NCBI GenBank assembly: GCA_013265495.1
Contig: MU058039.1
Location: forward strand, 2,591 to 66,590
Direction: 5' to 3'
Origin: Vicugna vicugna
Lineage: Eukaryota
Length of the DNA stretch: 64,000 bases
A model generated the notes under the pieces. That model did no database searches. It was given only the letters and a program-made list of their open reading frames with translations, and was not told the DNA's origin. The position numbers and the translations under genes are program-made. Shown here piece after piece: positions 25,545 to 38,900 of the stretch (its first letter is position 1; each line of letters opens with the position of its first letter).

Positions 25545-27010
25545 TGTGATGTATGAAGAAATGCATCTGTGCCCTGATTCCTGGCACAGAGCTCCTTAAA
25601 CCCCCGAAACTTCCGGAGTGCTAGGAGCAATAGGAGTGTCTTTTGTTACTTGTAACAAGTACCTGTCAACCGTACAGAGTTTATGCTAATGACATAACTC
25701 TTGGAAGATGGGGGCTGGTTGCCAGAGGAACCAGTTATGTGATTAGAGAATCAGAACCTGTAGCCACAGATCCCCCCGTCTCTGGCGAGGGGAGAGGGAT
25801 TTGAGATTGCGCTAATCACCAAAGGCCAATAATTTAACCAACTAGGCCTACATGATGGAACCTCCATAAAATCCCTGGAGAGCTTCCAGGTTGATGAACA
25901 CATCCAGGGCTGGAGAGGGGCACCTCAAACTCCACGGGGACGTAAGCTCCTGTGCTCAGGACCCTACTTTGCCCCAAGTACCTCTTCATCTGGCTGTTCA
26001 TTTTGGGGGGGGATGTGGGAGGGGTAGGTAATTAGGTTTATTTACTTATTTAAATGGAAGCACTGGGGATTGAACCCAGGACCTCGTGCTTGCTAGGCAT
26101 GGACTCCACCTCTGATCTACACCCTCCCCCCTTGGTTGTTCATTTGTATCCTTTATAATAAACCTGTGATGGTAAATAAAGTGATTCCCTGAGTTCTGTG
26201 AGTTACAGCAAGTTAAGACTGAAGAGGGAGTCATGGGAACCACCGATTTATAGCTGGTTGACCAGAAGTTCAGGTGACAATCTGAGACTTGTGACTGGCA
26301 TCTGAAGTGGTGGGCAGTCTTGGGAGACTGAGTCCCTAACTTGTCTGCACAGAATTGGGAGAATTGTTGGAATGGCGGAAAAAAACTTCCTCTATTCCTG
26401 TAAGTAGAAGAAACAGTTTTGCAACTGTAGAGAATTTAATCTTGCCCAAGGAGAGGTCTGATCTTTGCCCTCAGCTCTTGGGAGTTAATCTCTAAGCGCC
26501 TGGAATGTCCTCCAGGGTAAGAGTGTCTTCTTTTTTTCACCGGGGGTCCTTGGGCTGCACCAGGAAGTCTAGCAATGTGATTTATGGGTCACAGGCATCA
26601 GGTCAACCTCCAGAGCGGCTGGAGACTGAGGTCAGCAGTCAACCATGCCTAGTGACCAATCCCCCAAAAAAACTCTGGACGCCATGATTTAGGTGGGCTT
26701 CCCTGATTGGCAATACTCTACATGGTCACACGTGGTGGCTGGGAAAATTCAGCACTGTCCACAACTCTGCTGGGAGAGGACAGATGGACATGCTGTGTGA
26801 GGGGCTCTCCTGGACTCTGCTCCAAGTATCTTTTTTCTTGGCTGATTTTAATCTGTGTACTTTTGCTGTAATAAACCCTGACTGTGAGTGTAACATTCTG
26901 TGAGTCCTTCTAGAGAATTATCAAACCTGAGGGTGGTCTTGGGACCCTCCAAACTTACCACTGCTGTCAGAAGGGAGGGTGGCTCTGTGGGCTGCTTGCT
27001 AACTTCACAC
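25545..27010 (+). mobile_element. Two adjacent MER21-like ERV LTRs, the first interrupted by a SINE
   Basis: 'ttcctggcacagagctcc', 'gggggctggttgccagaggaacc', 'ttccctgagttctgtgag', then a second unit 'aatcttgcccaaggagaggtctg...ttctgtgagtccttctag'. Confidence 0.7.
26005..26132 (-). mobile_element. tRNA-derived SINE (Vic-1-like) nested in the LTR
   Basis: Same SINE body; flanking duplication tgttcattt. Confidence 0.8.
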
Positions 27011-30000
27011 TGGCTGACAGACACGAGGGGCAAAGGAGCAGATCAGCAAAAAGGATGGACTTCAGGGCAGGACTGCTTGAGTTCAACTACAGGCTCCGCC
27101 ACTAAATGAGTGACCCTGGGGAAGCTATTTAACCTCTCTGTGCCTCAGTATTCTCATCTGTTAAATGGAGATAATAATAGTGTATGTCTCTTAGTTATGT
27201 GGTTTACATGCATTAACATGTGTAAACTATGCCTGGCATATAACAGCACTATATAAAGGTAACTATTTTATTTAAGGAGAAAAAGACTGTAAATCAATAC
27301 TTTAAAATCTATTAAGAAAGGGAAAACAATTTAAAGGACAAAAAAAAGAGGGGGTGGCCAGGGTCTGTGACTGGGTGTCGGTGGGGTGGCGAGCCCTAGG
27401 GCACTGCACAGTGCCAGTGACACCGGCCCTTCCCCTCCGGGATTGGCCAGAGGAAGGAAGCGCTGACAGGGCCCCGCAGAGGCTGAAGGGGCTGAGAGCA
27501 GCCACTCTCCACTCTCAAGAGGCTCAGGTCTCCTTGAAGAATGTCAGGTCTCACAGCGGTACCTGAGCAGTGGCCCAGGCAGGTGGACCCGAAGGCAGGA
27601 CCAGAACCGGGGTGGAGGCCATGTAGGCTGGCCCAGGAGACCCTAAGACCCACACAAAGGCCATGGCACAGAGAAGGTGCCAACCAGACAGCCTCTTTGA
27701 TGCCAGAACGTACCACAGGAGCAGGTGAGCAGCAGTCAGGCTTCGCCACAGAGCACAGGGCCTGGCTCAGTGATAGGCTCTGGGTCAGCATTTCCCCAAC
27801 AGAGCTAACTGGGATGGGGCGGGTGGGGTAGGGTGGGACAGAATGGAAGGGAATAGCCCAGAACAGAGCAAAACAGAAAAGATATAATTCTGCACCCTAG
27901 AGGCCATGCCATTTTCACCAAACACAGGGAAGAAGAGGAGAGAGACGGAAGAAACACTAAGGCCGTAAAATTAGCAAAACTTGGTGACTGAGTGTGACAA
28001 GCGGAAGGCAGGGAGAAATCAAGGACAAACCTCAGGGTCCTGGCTTGCCTGGTGGGATGGTCCCATCTCCTGAGATGGGAAACAGGGAAGAAGGGACAGA
28101 AACCAGGAGTTCAACTTTGTACACATTAAACGTGAAGTGCTACGAGGCAGCCAGGGATGATGCCGATCACGTCGTGGGCAAAGGGCGCGGCAGCTCTGGG
28201 AGGAGGCCTGGGCTTGGGTGCAGAGGCGGGCGTCACCTGTACACTCACCAGTATCCACCTGAGAGTGGATGAAACCAGCCCCAGAGGCCCCACAGAAACA
28301 TCAGCACCTAAGAGGTAAGAAGACGGAAAGAGAAACCACAGAAGATGTTGAGAAGCTGTAGGGAAGCACTGTCCCCGGCATGAAGGAGGGAGGACTAACC
28401 TCAGGGAGTGTCATAACAAAGTCTATTCCAAGCACTTTACCTACATTATTTAATGCTACGTCCATACTACAAAGGAGAAAACAGGCAGAGAGGTTCAAGG
28501 ACTTGCCAAAAACTGGGATTCAGATTCAGCAGTCTGGTCTGAGCGCTCTCACCCAGAACATGGGGCTGCCTTTCAGACAGAAGAAGGAGACAAAAAGTAC
28601 AGCTGAATTCAGCACAACCATCAAAAAGCATCCCTGACTTCAGACTCAGCAAAGTCACCTGGGACCTCGGCCAGAAAAGTTTTATTTAAGTGGGAAGAGA
28701 GGATTCTGCACTCAAGAAAAAATGAGAAACAGGAGGTAGAAACATCAAGAGCGAGGAAATCACTTCAGGAGATGAAGGAGACCAGAAGAGAAAGGAAAGG
28801 ACGTTTTGGTTTACAAATGGTAATGGTTTCTAGGGTTGGAGACACTGACAGTGGTTGTAGGGACGAGAGAAAAGAACTCAGAGAGGGGAGAGATGGGTCT
28901 CCGGAATGAGACGTAGGAAAGCAGGGGCTCTGGGGCTGCGGGGATTCCGCCCAGGGCACAGGGTCCTTCACCATCCAAAATCAGTGAGGAAGGTACAGGG
29001 GCCGGGAAGACCTCACACCGAGTCATGCTAGGGAATAAGATGTTCAACTGTTTGCTGCCAAACTAGCAGAGACACCTAAAGGGAAAGACAGAAACTTAAA
29101 CAATGGGCAGTTCATCTGTTCCCCAATCTTGATACCTTAGATCAAAATCAGGACTTCTGTAAACTTGGAGGAATCTTCCTGCCCCCTCACAGAAGAAGTA
29201 ATATTTATATTTTCACTTTCTTTTAACTGGAATTTAGCATTTTCTGCCGTTACCCATGGGCCACAAAGCACAGAGGAGTTAAAACTTCCCGCAACTTTGA
29301 CATTGATAGAAAACAGTCACGTCACTGGGAAGCTGAGACCGTGGTGGTTTTGGTCACCTGGGGAACTGAGAGCTTTGCCTTGGGGCTAACACTCAACTCC
29401 GAGGGATGAGTTGAAGCCCTGCAGAAAACAGGCTTCTGTATTGTTAGTGATCGTTAAGAATTTTGTCCACTCTTTCAGTGCTGCTCACACTTTCATGTGC
29501 ATAAGGATGTCCAGAGCTTGTTAGGCAAAGATTCTCAGGCCCCACCCACAGTTAACTGGTCCAGCAGGTGTGGCTGGGATTTGCCATTCGGTATGTCTAA
29601 CAAGCTTCCAGGAGATGCCCTCGTCCTGGGACCACGCTGTCAGCAACAGTACTGCCCGACCTCAGCCATAAGAAGGCCCCTCAGGGAAATGTCTTTAGAA
29701 AAAAGTGCCTTAAAAAGCTAAGTTTTCTCTTGGAAATAACAATATGTTTCTTCCTTATGGCCAGCACAAACCATGGGCTGTCTCTGCCTTTTTGCTGGGC
29801 TACCAGGAAGCGCACAGTTAGTGACTCTTGCTGGAATCTCTCCCTTGTACATCACACGTTACAACAAAGAATGTGCCTTGCATCATTGCTTGTAATATCA
29901 AATTTGGAAACTACCAGAATGTCCATAAAACGGAGGGGGGAGTATATTGTATGTTCCATGCATATTATGGAGCATTATGTATGTTGTTTAAAAAAAACAT

Positions 30001-30582
30001 ACCAATATGGTACCATCTCTTGGACATTTTAATCAGGGGGGAAAAGGGTAGAGTAGTATGTATAATAAGTGTCTGGCCACTGTATCTCTGTGTAGCGAGA
30101 GGCTGTGGCGTTCCCAAATCCCCCTGGAGTACCAAGGTACTTCTCCCAGCTGCTAGGAGACGGCTGGCTGTTGCAGGCTTGAGGCCTTTTGAGAATTTCC
30201 CCTGGTCAAAGGGAGCCACTCCACCCATGGTTACACGCCCTCCCTGGGGCAGCCTACAGCCAAGGACTGATGGATTTCAGAATGCAGTGGCCTCTGTGCC
30301 TCCGTTCAGGACAACACGGAGGACCATCCCAACTCCAGAGCATCTTGTAAGATCAGCTGATGCTTCTGTTCAACAACTCCCTCTGTCCACTCTGCTTCCT
30401 TCACTGACTTACAGGTGTTCCAAGAGCCTCCCTAGTAAACCTCCTGCTTGCAGATCTCCACCCCCAAGTCCGCTTTCCTGAGAACCCAGCACATGACAGA
30501 GCATATGTGGTTGAAGTGCATGTATTTTTTCTAGAACAGTTTCCCCAAGAAGGGAAAGTAGGCTTGTTAATGTCATACTTAC

Positions 30583-30597
30583 CTGGTACTCAATCAT
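30583..30597 (-). CDS. ZNF793: ZNF793 first coding exon portion (MIEYQ); whole exon 30628-30583
   Basis: cttcacag|gccacag...aaa ATG ATT GAG TAC CAG|gtaagt. MIEYQ is the N-terminus I recall for human ZNF793. The phase-0 join to KRAB-A is in frame; total CDS 1194 nt = 397 aa. Confidence 0.9.
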
Positions 30598-31094
30598 TTT
30601 CTGTTGTTCTTGGAAAAAGATCTGTGGCCTGTGAAGATAGATTGGAGGGAGGAGGATGGAGAAGGAGAGAAGAGAGCTGTGAGAGACCAGGCTTGTTTTA
30701 GGACTTGCAAATTCCCTACGTAACTCCTGCACAAAAACCCATGCTTTAAGTCATTGTGGTAGAAGGAAAACATGGTGCCATTCAACCCAGAATGTGGATG
30801 CACAGAACAGACTTCCTGGGAAGCAAAAGCCACTACCATGTGAGAACTGGAAATTATTAAAAGCCAAAAATCCTTCAAACTTATGCCACTGGTCCCAAGT
30901 ATAAACCAGAAAAGGGGCTTCCATATCTGTTATGATAATATCACAAAGAACGCAAAGCAGAGCAAAGTAACTGTCTAACTTCAACAAAACTAATGGTTAC
31001 TTAAACTGTGGTACAAATAATTACTGGAAGTCTAAACCTTGTTATTCACCCAGCAGATTATTATTTTTTTTGCCTCTTCAATAAATGGTTTTAT

Positions 31095-31345
31095 TTTTAA
31101 TTTTTTTTACATTTTTCTATTGAGTTATAGTCATTTTACAATGTTGTGTCAAATTCCAGTGTAGAGCACAATTTTTCAGTTATACATGAACATACATATA
31201 TTCATTGTCACATTGTTTTTTTTGCTGTGAGCTACCACAAGATCTTGTATATATTTCCCTGTGCTATACAGTATAATCTTGTTTATCTATTCTACATATG
31301 CCTGTCAGTATCTACAAATTTTGAAATCCCATTCTGTCCCTTCAC
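31095..31345 (-). mobile_element. Young L1 3' UTR fragment (cetartiodactyl type)
   Basis: T-rich head followed by 'cattttacaatgttgtgtcaaattccagtgta...atttccctgtgctatacag'. Confidence 0.65.
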
Positions 31346-32694
31346 CCAGCAGATTATTCAGTGTTGTCATTAAAAAATAATGTTCAACCGCTGACAACAA
31401 ACAACTCAAGATGTTTAATTAAAGAAATAACTGTAATGGCTTAAATTATTTTTAAAAGGGCAAATCATAGGTTAAGAGTATAAATAAATACTTTGATGTA
31501 CTTGAACATTTAATGTTAGAACTATATTAAAATTACCAGTGGAATAACTCTTGGTTTTTAAAAATTATATCTTTCGTGGCGATTCTCACTGAAGTAACCG
31601 GGCACAGTGTCATCCTGACCAGAAAAGCCTGCCAGCACCCAGATTCTGATCGCTACCACTCATTCTCACCAGAAAGAACTAGAGCTCCTTGGAAAATGTC
31701 TGAGTCCATCATCTGGAACAAAGAATACAAGGTGCACCTTTACAATCTTGAGTGTCAGAAAGCAAGGACCCTTCCTCAGTGGATAGGTCCAGGCAAGGGG
31801 GTGAGTAGAGGCCAGCCTCAAGGGGCTCCAACCTTGCAAGCAGTAGCGCTGGAGAAAACTGGCCATATCTACCCAAGTTAAACATATGAATATGGCCTCG
31901 TAGTTCCGTATGAATGCATATGTTCACAAAGCTTTAGTCTATAAAAACTATAAATATGTAGTGATAATCAAAAATCACAATATTAAAATTTTCCTTTTAA
32001 AATAACTGGCACTATAATTAGATAAGACTACTATAACTTGGAGGTTCCCTATTTCCAAAAAATACACATATTGGGAAATACGGAACTAAATTCATATAAA
32101 ACATTAATAAAGAACATTCAAGCTTTTCACTCACAGTAGTGAGAAACCTTATAAATAGGTCTGAATATACTGTGCTAGTAAGCTACAGCCTGGCATTGAA
32201 AATCCACATCCAGGAGCAACAAGAGGTCTGACTTGTGGCTGGTGGGACTGCAATTTGGTTCAATCATTTTGGAGAACTGTTTGGCCATATCTGCCAAAGC
32301 TGAATGTAGAATCCCCGTGACCCAGCAGTCCCACCCCTGGGTATATACTAGAGAAATAAATGCATAGTGTTCAATGAAGACTTGAATAAGAATGTTCATG
32401 GCAGCTTTGATCATAGTAAGTCAAAACCAGAAACTGCCCAGGAGAACGAGATAATTGTGGTGTGTCCATATAATGGAATACTATTCAGCAATAAAAAGGA
32501 ATGAACTGCTGACATCCATGCAATCCATGTGGATCTCACAGATATTATGTCCAATGAAAGAAGTCAAACTTAGGAAGAATATACTGGATAATTCCATTTC
32601 TAGGGAGTTCCAGAACAGGTAAAATTATGGTGAGAGAGTCAGAATGTGGGAAGGGGATGGATATTACTGAGATGGGGTAGGAAGGAGCCTTCTA

Positions 32695-32925
32695 GCATAG
32701 GGGGTCAGCCAACTTTTTATTTGAAAGACCAGACAGTAAATATTTTTGGCTTTGTGGGTCCTATGGAGTTTGCCACAACTATTCAATTCTGCTGTTCTAG
32801 CATGAAAGCAGCCACTGATATTGATACAGAAGTGAATGAGTACAGCTGTGTTCCAATAAAACTTTAATTACAAACAGAGATGGCAGGCCAGATTTGGCTC
32901 ATGGGCAATCGTATGCCAACCCCAG
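32695..32925. mobile_element. MER58A-like DNA transposon inside an old L1 3' fragment
   Basis: 'ggggtcagccaac...cagtaaatatttttggctttg...gctgtgttccaataaaacttt...tgccaacccc'. Confidence 0.7.
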
Positions 32926-33842
32926 CTCTAAGGTGGTGGAAACGTTGCTCTAAGTGATAGTTACATGAATGTGTGTATGTATTTAAAAATCCATCAAGTT
33001 GTATATTTACTATTTGTATGTTTTGCTCTATGTCTTTTATACCTCAGTAAAAGAGACAAGGAAAAGAAAGGCAAAAAGCAAATGGCAAGACGTAGACAAA
33101 ATAACTCCTACATCCACCAGAACTGACTCACACCTTTGAGGGCAGGAAAACCATCCCACCACTGCGCGGGCGACAAGAGCTTCTTTCCTGACTGGCATTC
33201 TTGAGCTGTGGCCCTGATGACTGACAACTCAAACAGTGACAGCCTCACAGCTGATTCCCACCAGATCCAGGCTTTGCCCACTGAGAAATAGTCTAGGAGG
33301 ACAACTTTCAAAACGGAGCAACTCATATCTCTCCTCTGCAAAAAGAGGAGATTGTAATCTTCCCATGGGACAGAGAAGAGCTTTTCTTGAATACAGTGAC
33401 ATTCATAATGTTTGACTATCCTGGTGTCCTCTCCTGTAAAAACAGGTCTAGCCAATTACTCTCCTAAGGTTTCTTTACATAATGATGATTAATCCCTCCA
33501 ACCTTAGTGACTGCCGAAGTCTTACAGCTGATCACAGATCAAAGAAAATTAACTAGAAGAGATTGAGAAAAACTGGCCACAACTGGAATAACAGACTTTC
33601 ATTATATACTTTCATGTGTCACGTAAGCGTGGGAACTTCAAAATGACTTATTCTAACTGTCACATAAATATAAAAGGACGTCAGTGTCCCTAAATACTAA
33701 AAGCCTGCTACTTAGAGTCTTTGCTCTGACAAGAGATTTGGACCCTGGTGACTCCTTCAGAAGAAGATCCCCTCTCTGGGACCTCAGGGTCTTTTACCTG
33801 GCCCGTTAGGCCCTCAAGCTCCATCTCTCAAAGGTTACTCAC

Positions 33843-34102
33843 CCTCAGCTGCAGCCACTGACAGAGGCTTCTGCAGATGTGACTGAGGTCCTGTGGCCCC
33901 AAGGAGAGCCCTGCTGTCCAACAAGGTGCTGGGACCCAAAGGTGTACACTCAGGAGACCTGAAGATAAGCAGACCCAATGGTGAGAAGTCATCCAGCAGC
34001 CCCCAATACTCTGGGGCCAGGGAGGAAGAAGCCTGCAAGAGGGCTGAGCCGCAGACATATCTGAGTGACGGCTGTGCTCCGGGTTTGGGGCAGGGGCAAC
34101 TT
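33843..34102 (-). other. ZNF793: Probable ZNF793 5' UTR exon (alternative acceptors at 34102 or 33958)
   Basis: Strong donor gagg|gtgagt at 33843/33842; acceptors tcttaccag| and ttatcttcag|; lies between the promoter and the ATG exon. Inferred, no transcript evidence. Confidence 0.45.
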
Positions 34103-34267
34103 CTGGTAAGACCCTGAGCCTACAAGTCACTCGGACAGATGTCTGAAAGCCAAGCGATTCCTTTAACTGACTGAAGGAGTCTAGGCCAGACAGTTTACCT
34201 CCCTGGGCCTCATTTTCCTCACCTGTGAAAACAGGAATGATAAACAATAATTTTAAAAAGCCCATCC

Positions 34268-34420
34268 TGGTGGGGAGGGCATAGCTCAGCAGTAGAGTGC
34301 ATGCTTGGCATGCAGGAGGCCCTAGGTTCAATCCCCAGTACCTCCATTAAAAATAATAAATAAACCTAATTACCTCCTCCCCGCCCCCACAAAAAAGGTA
34401 GAAATTTAAAAAAAAAAAAA
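34268..34420 (+). mobile_element. tRNA-derived SINE (Vic-1-like) with TSD
   Basis: ggggagggcatagctcagcagtagagtgcatgctt...ggttcaatccccagtacctcc, A tail; TSD aaaaagccc(a/t)tcct. Confidence 0.85.
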
Positions 34421-36189
34421 AGCCCTTCCTTAGAGGCTTTCCAAAAGTTACCTCATTTAACACAAACTCAGGAGTGGTTGAAAGGGGCTGAGTTATGAAT
34501 AACAAAAGACACCTTTATCCCTCTTATCACTTAGGAAATTCCAAGGGTTTTAGGAGCTCTGTGCCAAAAATAGGACTGAAGACCACATACATATTTCTTA
34601 TCATAAATCACAGTATCACACAGACTAAAATAAAAAGGACAAGAAACAGTAATTGGGTGCATTATGGTGAAACCATGGAGAATTTTTTTTCAATTTTCCT
34701 CAACAACAAGGTAAAATTATTGTAGTGAGTTTTCTTTTGTCATTAAAAAGCAGATGATTCTGGTGGATAATCTGGATAATTCCACCAGATAATCTGATGG
34801 AAGATGAAGCCAGTCATCTTTCCTGCTAGTCAATCTTGATAAGCGGTACCACCATGCAGTCAGTCCCCCAGCAGCAGCATGGCAGTCCTCTGAAGGGATA
34901 CCATCTCCTTCCCTGCATGATAGTGACTCATACATCCTCATCACCATACGCTGACATTTGAACTCAAAAGCCGTATGTTACTATATAGATACCATCATCT
35001 GGATGCTCTCAGGCACAAAGCACAGGGTCCAGTTCAATGTGCATTTGTTTTTTTTTTGTTTTTTTTTTTAACTTAAGTATAGTCAGTCACAATGTGTCAA
35101 TTTCTGGTGTACAGCACAATGTTCAATGTGCATGTTTTTGACTTCCAGAAGGAATATCCAAAAACAAACAAACAAACAAAAAAGGCAATCTCAAATGGCC
35201 AAGCCAGAGCTACAGATTAGAATTTTGTCCTGGTGTGTGTCTGGTTTCAGAATTTCAGACAAAACTTTCCCATTGTATGAATGTTTTGGCTTCAGATTAT
35301 TTCTATGATTCCATTTAATTCGAGTTCAAAAACAGGCAAAACTAATCCATTGTATTAGAACTGGGATGGCAGTGGGTTTTGACTGGTAAGGCTTCAGGGT
35401 GCTAGAGGTATCTTAATCTAGGTTGTGTACACAGTTCTCTTCAATGTAAAAATTCATTGAGCTATGCCGTTAACATAAGCATACTTAACCGTATGTGTGT
35501 TATGCCTGGAAATGATCTGGAAAAATGTTTATTGCATAAGTAAATGAAATAATCTGGATTCAAACTTAAACATTTTTTCAAATGAGGCCACATACTGCCC
35601 CTTGACCAGGTATGAATATTCCATTTAATTCAAATTCAAAAACAGACAACATTAATCAGTGATGTTAGAATTGGGAGACTGGTCCCATGGCAAGCTAGTG
35701 GCTGGGAGCGGGTATCATGGGGCTTTCTGGATGTTACAATCTTCTGTTTTCTGATCTAAGCACATTACCCTGGGGTGTTCCCTTTGTGACAATTCACTGA
35801 GTTGTATGTATATTTATGCATACTTTTGTATGCATCTTATACTTCAATAAAAGGTTTATGTTAAAAGCTTTAAAAAGAAATATTACTTGCTCCCAAACCT
35901 GGCACTAAGCATAGTGTAGGTGATGAAGGAAACTATAAGAAAAAGAAAATGCCTGACTCCTTACCCATGCGTGTGGGTCCTGCATCGAAGAAATTACCTG
36001 TCTTTGATTCTGTGCAGTGGAAAAATAGGAAATGTCTGCTCTAAAATTGAAAGCCTGACATGTATGTTTTCTGAAAGATGTTACCTGCCTCACCTCTCCA
36101 CTTCCTTTGTTTCTTCAGATGCTATTCTCACTGCGCTTTGTCTGAAGATTGCCTAAGGATTGAATGTAATACTTAAAACAATCAGGGGT

Positions 36190-36325
36190 GGAGGGGTGGG
36201 AGGGTGCAGCTCAGTGGTGGAGCACCTGCCTAACATGCACGAGGTCCTGGTTCAATCCCCAGTACCTCCATTAAAAATAATAAATAAACCTAATTAAATC
36301 CCCCCAAAGGGAAAAAAAAAACAAA
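36190..36325 (+). mobile_element. tRNA-derived SINE (Vic-1-like)
   Basis: 'gcagctcagtggtggagcacctgcctaacatgcacgaggtcctggttcaatccccagtacctcc'. Confidence 0.8.
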
Positions 36326-38263
36326 AGACTGTTTCAGCTTTTCACCCTTTTATTAAGCTAATGATCAAATCTTATTTTCCTTTCATTTGTGATTTCGTCC
36401 TGGTCCATCTTAATCACCAGTACTTTGACTTTAATTTCAGTGAAGAGCAGTTGCTAAAAGTAGCTTTTTGGTTTTGTCATTGTTATTGTGGTATTAGGTT
36501 TATTGAATGGTTCTACCAGGATTTTATAAGGCACAGGTTCGCGAAGTCAAACATGCCATGCCTAAAAAATACAGAACAAAGTAAAAAGATTCTTAGAACA
36601 CGATAACTTCCAGAACCAGTTTCTTTTCCTTCTGTGATTCATCTTTTTTTTCCCTAGCCTTACTGAGATATAATTGTGTAAGTTTAAGGTGTTCAATCCC
36701 CTGATTTGATACATGTACATATTGCAAAATGATTACCACATTAGGGTTAGTTAACATCTCCATCACTTCATGTAATTATCTTGTGTGTGGGGGGGGGGAG
36801 AACATTATTTTTAAGGATTTTCAAACACTCTCAAGGTTTACCCCTTCAGCAAAATCTTTTACAGTATCAGTTCAGATACTTACTCAGTAAGCTCTTTGTT
36901 TCCTGACCACAGGCCAAGGAACATCCATCCTAGCTGCCATGAGGTCAGAACAGATTTCCAGAAACCAGGCTCACACTTGGGATGCTGTTACAGATGGATA
37001 CGTCATTACATTTTCCAGAAAGAGCCTTAAAGGAAGCATTAGGAGAAATATGCATTAAATCCTTGGCAAAAGCAAGAGAAGCCACATCTTTAATAACATT
37101 TTATTTTACAGAAGTTTAACGCTTAATCCTTTCAAAGCACTTTCATTAATGTGAGGAACAATACAAAAAGGGGGAGGGAGGTTTCCAAAAGAGTTCTGAG
37201 GTAGGCTTTGGCCCTGAGGAACAGGAGGGAACTGGCTGCTCATCAGATGGGGTATGTCCTATGGGTGAAGTGTGTTCCCACTGTGCAGGATTGCAGCCTC
37301 AAATCCTTAACTCTCCCACTGCCTTCCTCTGCACTTTACAAGCCTCAGCACCAACTCCGTTTAAGCCTCCTAATCGTAGATACACCTGGTGTCTCCAATC
37401 TACAGCTCCCGGGCGTCCTTATAGCTATGATATCCCCATATGTCCAAATATGACCATCAAAGACCACTAGTCAGTGACTACAAAGGTCACTGATTCGTTC
37501 TGATTGCAGAATAGTGAATAACACAGATCCCAGATGGGGAACCCACACTGATCTCCAATGATATCCCAATGACTGGAGATCAATCAGTGATTCCCATTGT
37601 CCCACCTCCCCTGAAAATTATGACAGTCTCAGTCACTGATACCACCCTCCTTGATCCGTCTGTTCCACATTCCCTATCTACAAAAGTCCAGTCACTGATA
37701 ACCTCAGATCCCCCATCGATGAGCCAAAGGAAGTCTCAATCACTATTAGCCTAAAAGCATTTCTCCAAACATTGATCCTCATTGACCACCCTCATCACTG
37801 AACCTCAGAGTTTCCACAATCACCAGTTCTAGGTACCCAAACGTAATTTAGAACTTCCGATCACTGACTCCCTCAGTATTCTGATCACCGAGCCGCAACG
37901 CCATTCAAATCAGTGTCTTCGAAGAAACCCACCTGGCCTCAGACCCCGTAAGACCATTAAAAACTGACCCCCACGCACTCTTGTCAATCAAGAACTCTCA
38001 TTTATTGATTCCTGCATAACTCCCAACCCATTTTCTTCAGACACTGCCACTGACTCCCACAAATCCGCCACCACAGACTCCCCCACGGGGCTCAGACGCC
38101 CATTCACTTAACCGTCCAGTCCCCTCAGTCTCTGACCCTTACAGGCAACCATGACTGACCCAGTCGGGCCACCATAGTCGTCTGCTCACTATTACCCGGG
38201 TCCCGATTTTTGACTGTTTCTCACAGGGACCTTTCTCATTTTCCCTGCACAAGCGCCCATTAC

Positions 38264-38900
38264 CTGAAATGGGCTGTCGTACCCCGCCGCCTCACCACAG
38301 TACAAGCTCTTCTCTCTTCCCATCCCGAGTGACCGTGCGCAGACTCAGTCGCGACTTGGAGGCTGGCTGCCGCCCCCTGGCAACCTCCCAGAGAACGGGA
38401 TTCTGGGTTCCGGAACGTTAATGGCAGGTACGATGGCCGCGCCCGCTTGTCAGCCACTTGCTGGGGGCGGCCATGATTACGCCTGTGCCGTGCAGCCGAT
38501 GATTCGGCCCTTTGTTAGGCGATTGGGCCATTTTAGAACGGGGAGAAGCAAGTGTTCCTGAGTCCCTAAACACAGACGTCACTGCTGCTTTTCGCATCTC
38601 AGAAGCCCATACCTCCTGTGACCAGCAGAGCGGCTCCCTGACCCGGCAGCTGAGCTTTCTGTGTCTCCAGCAGCGCAAGCAGTGAGGTAAGATGGCCGCG
38701 TACGTTCGTACCGCTTCTTACGGGCAACCAGCGCGGCCATCTCCCCCGAGGAACTCCCCTCCCGTAAAGCAAGGTAAAACTTTTTCCTGGTGTGGGAGAA
38801 CGGCGAAGAAGAAAAGCTCTTCTCTCGGGGAGCCTGAGGCCCGGGAGGAAGAGGCAGGACTTCACCCAGTGGGCGGAGCTGCAAGAGTGGGCCAGTAGGA
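38264..38900. promoter_or_regulatory. ZNF793: CpG-island promoter and first exon of ZNF793, possibly bidirectional
   Basis: Densest CpG patch 5' of the gene; minus-strand donor cag|gtaatg at 38264/38263; five GGCCAT/ATGGCC YY1-like cores; plus-strand donor gag|gtaaga at 38687. Confidence 0.7.

Noticed and set aside
29828..30481. 217-aa plus-strand ORF
   Set aside because: Starts at TTG, overlaps old L1-like text, has no recognisable domain and is antisense within a ZNF793 intron; treated as chance.
33108..33455. 115-aa minus ORF containing HYECHC
   Set aside because: Non-ATG start, no recognisable family and no supported splice structure.
34268..34345. tRNA gene
   Set aside because: The tRNA-like head is followed by a SINE body, A tail and TSD, and recurs eight times; it is a SINE.
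34759..34790. Short inverted repeat tctggtgga...tccaccaga
   Set aside because: Only a ~9-bp stem; too short to call a pre-miRNA or MITE.
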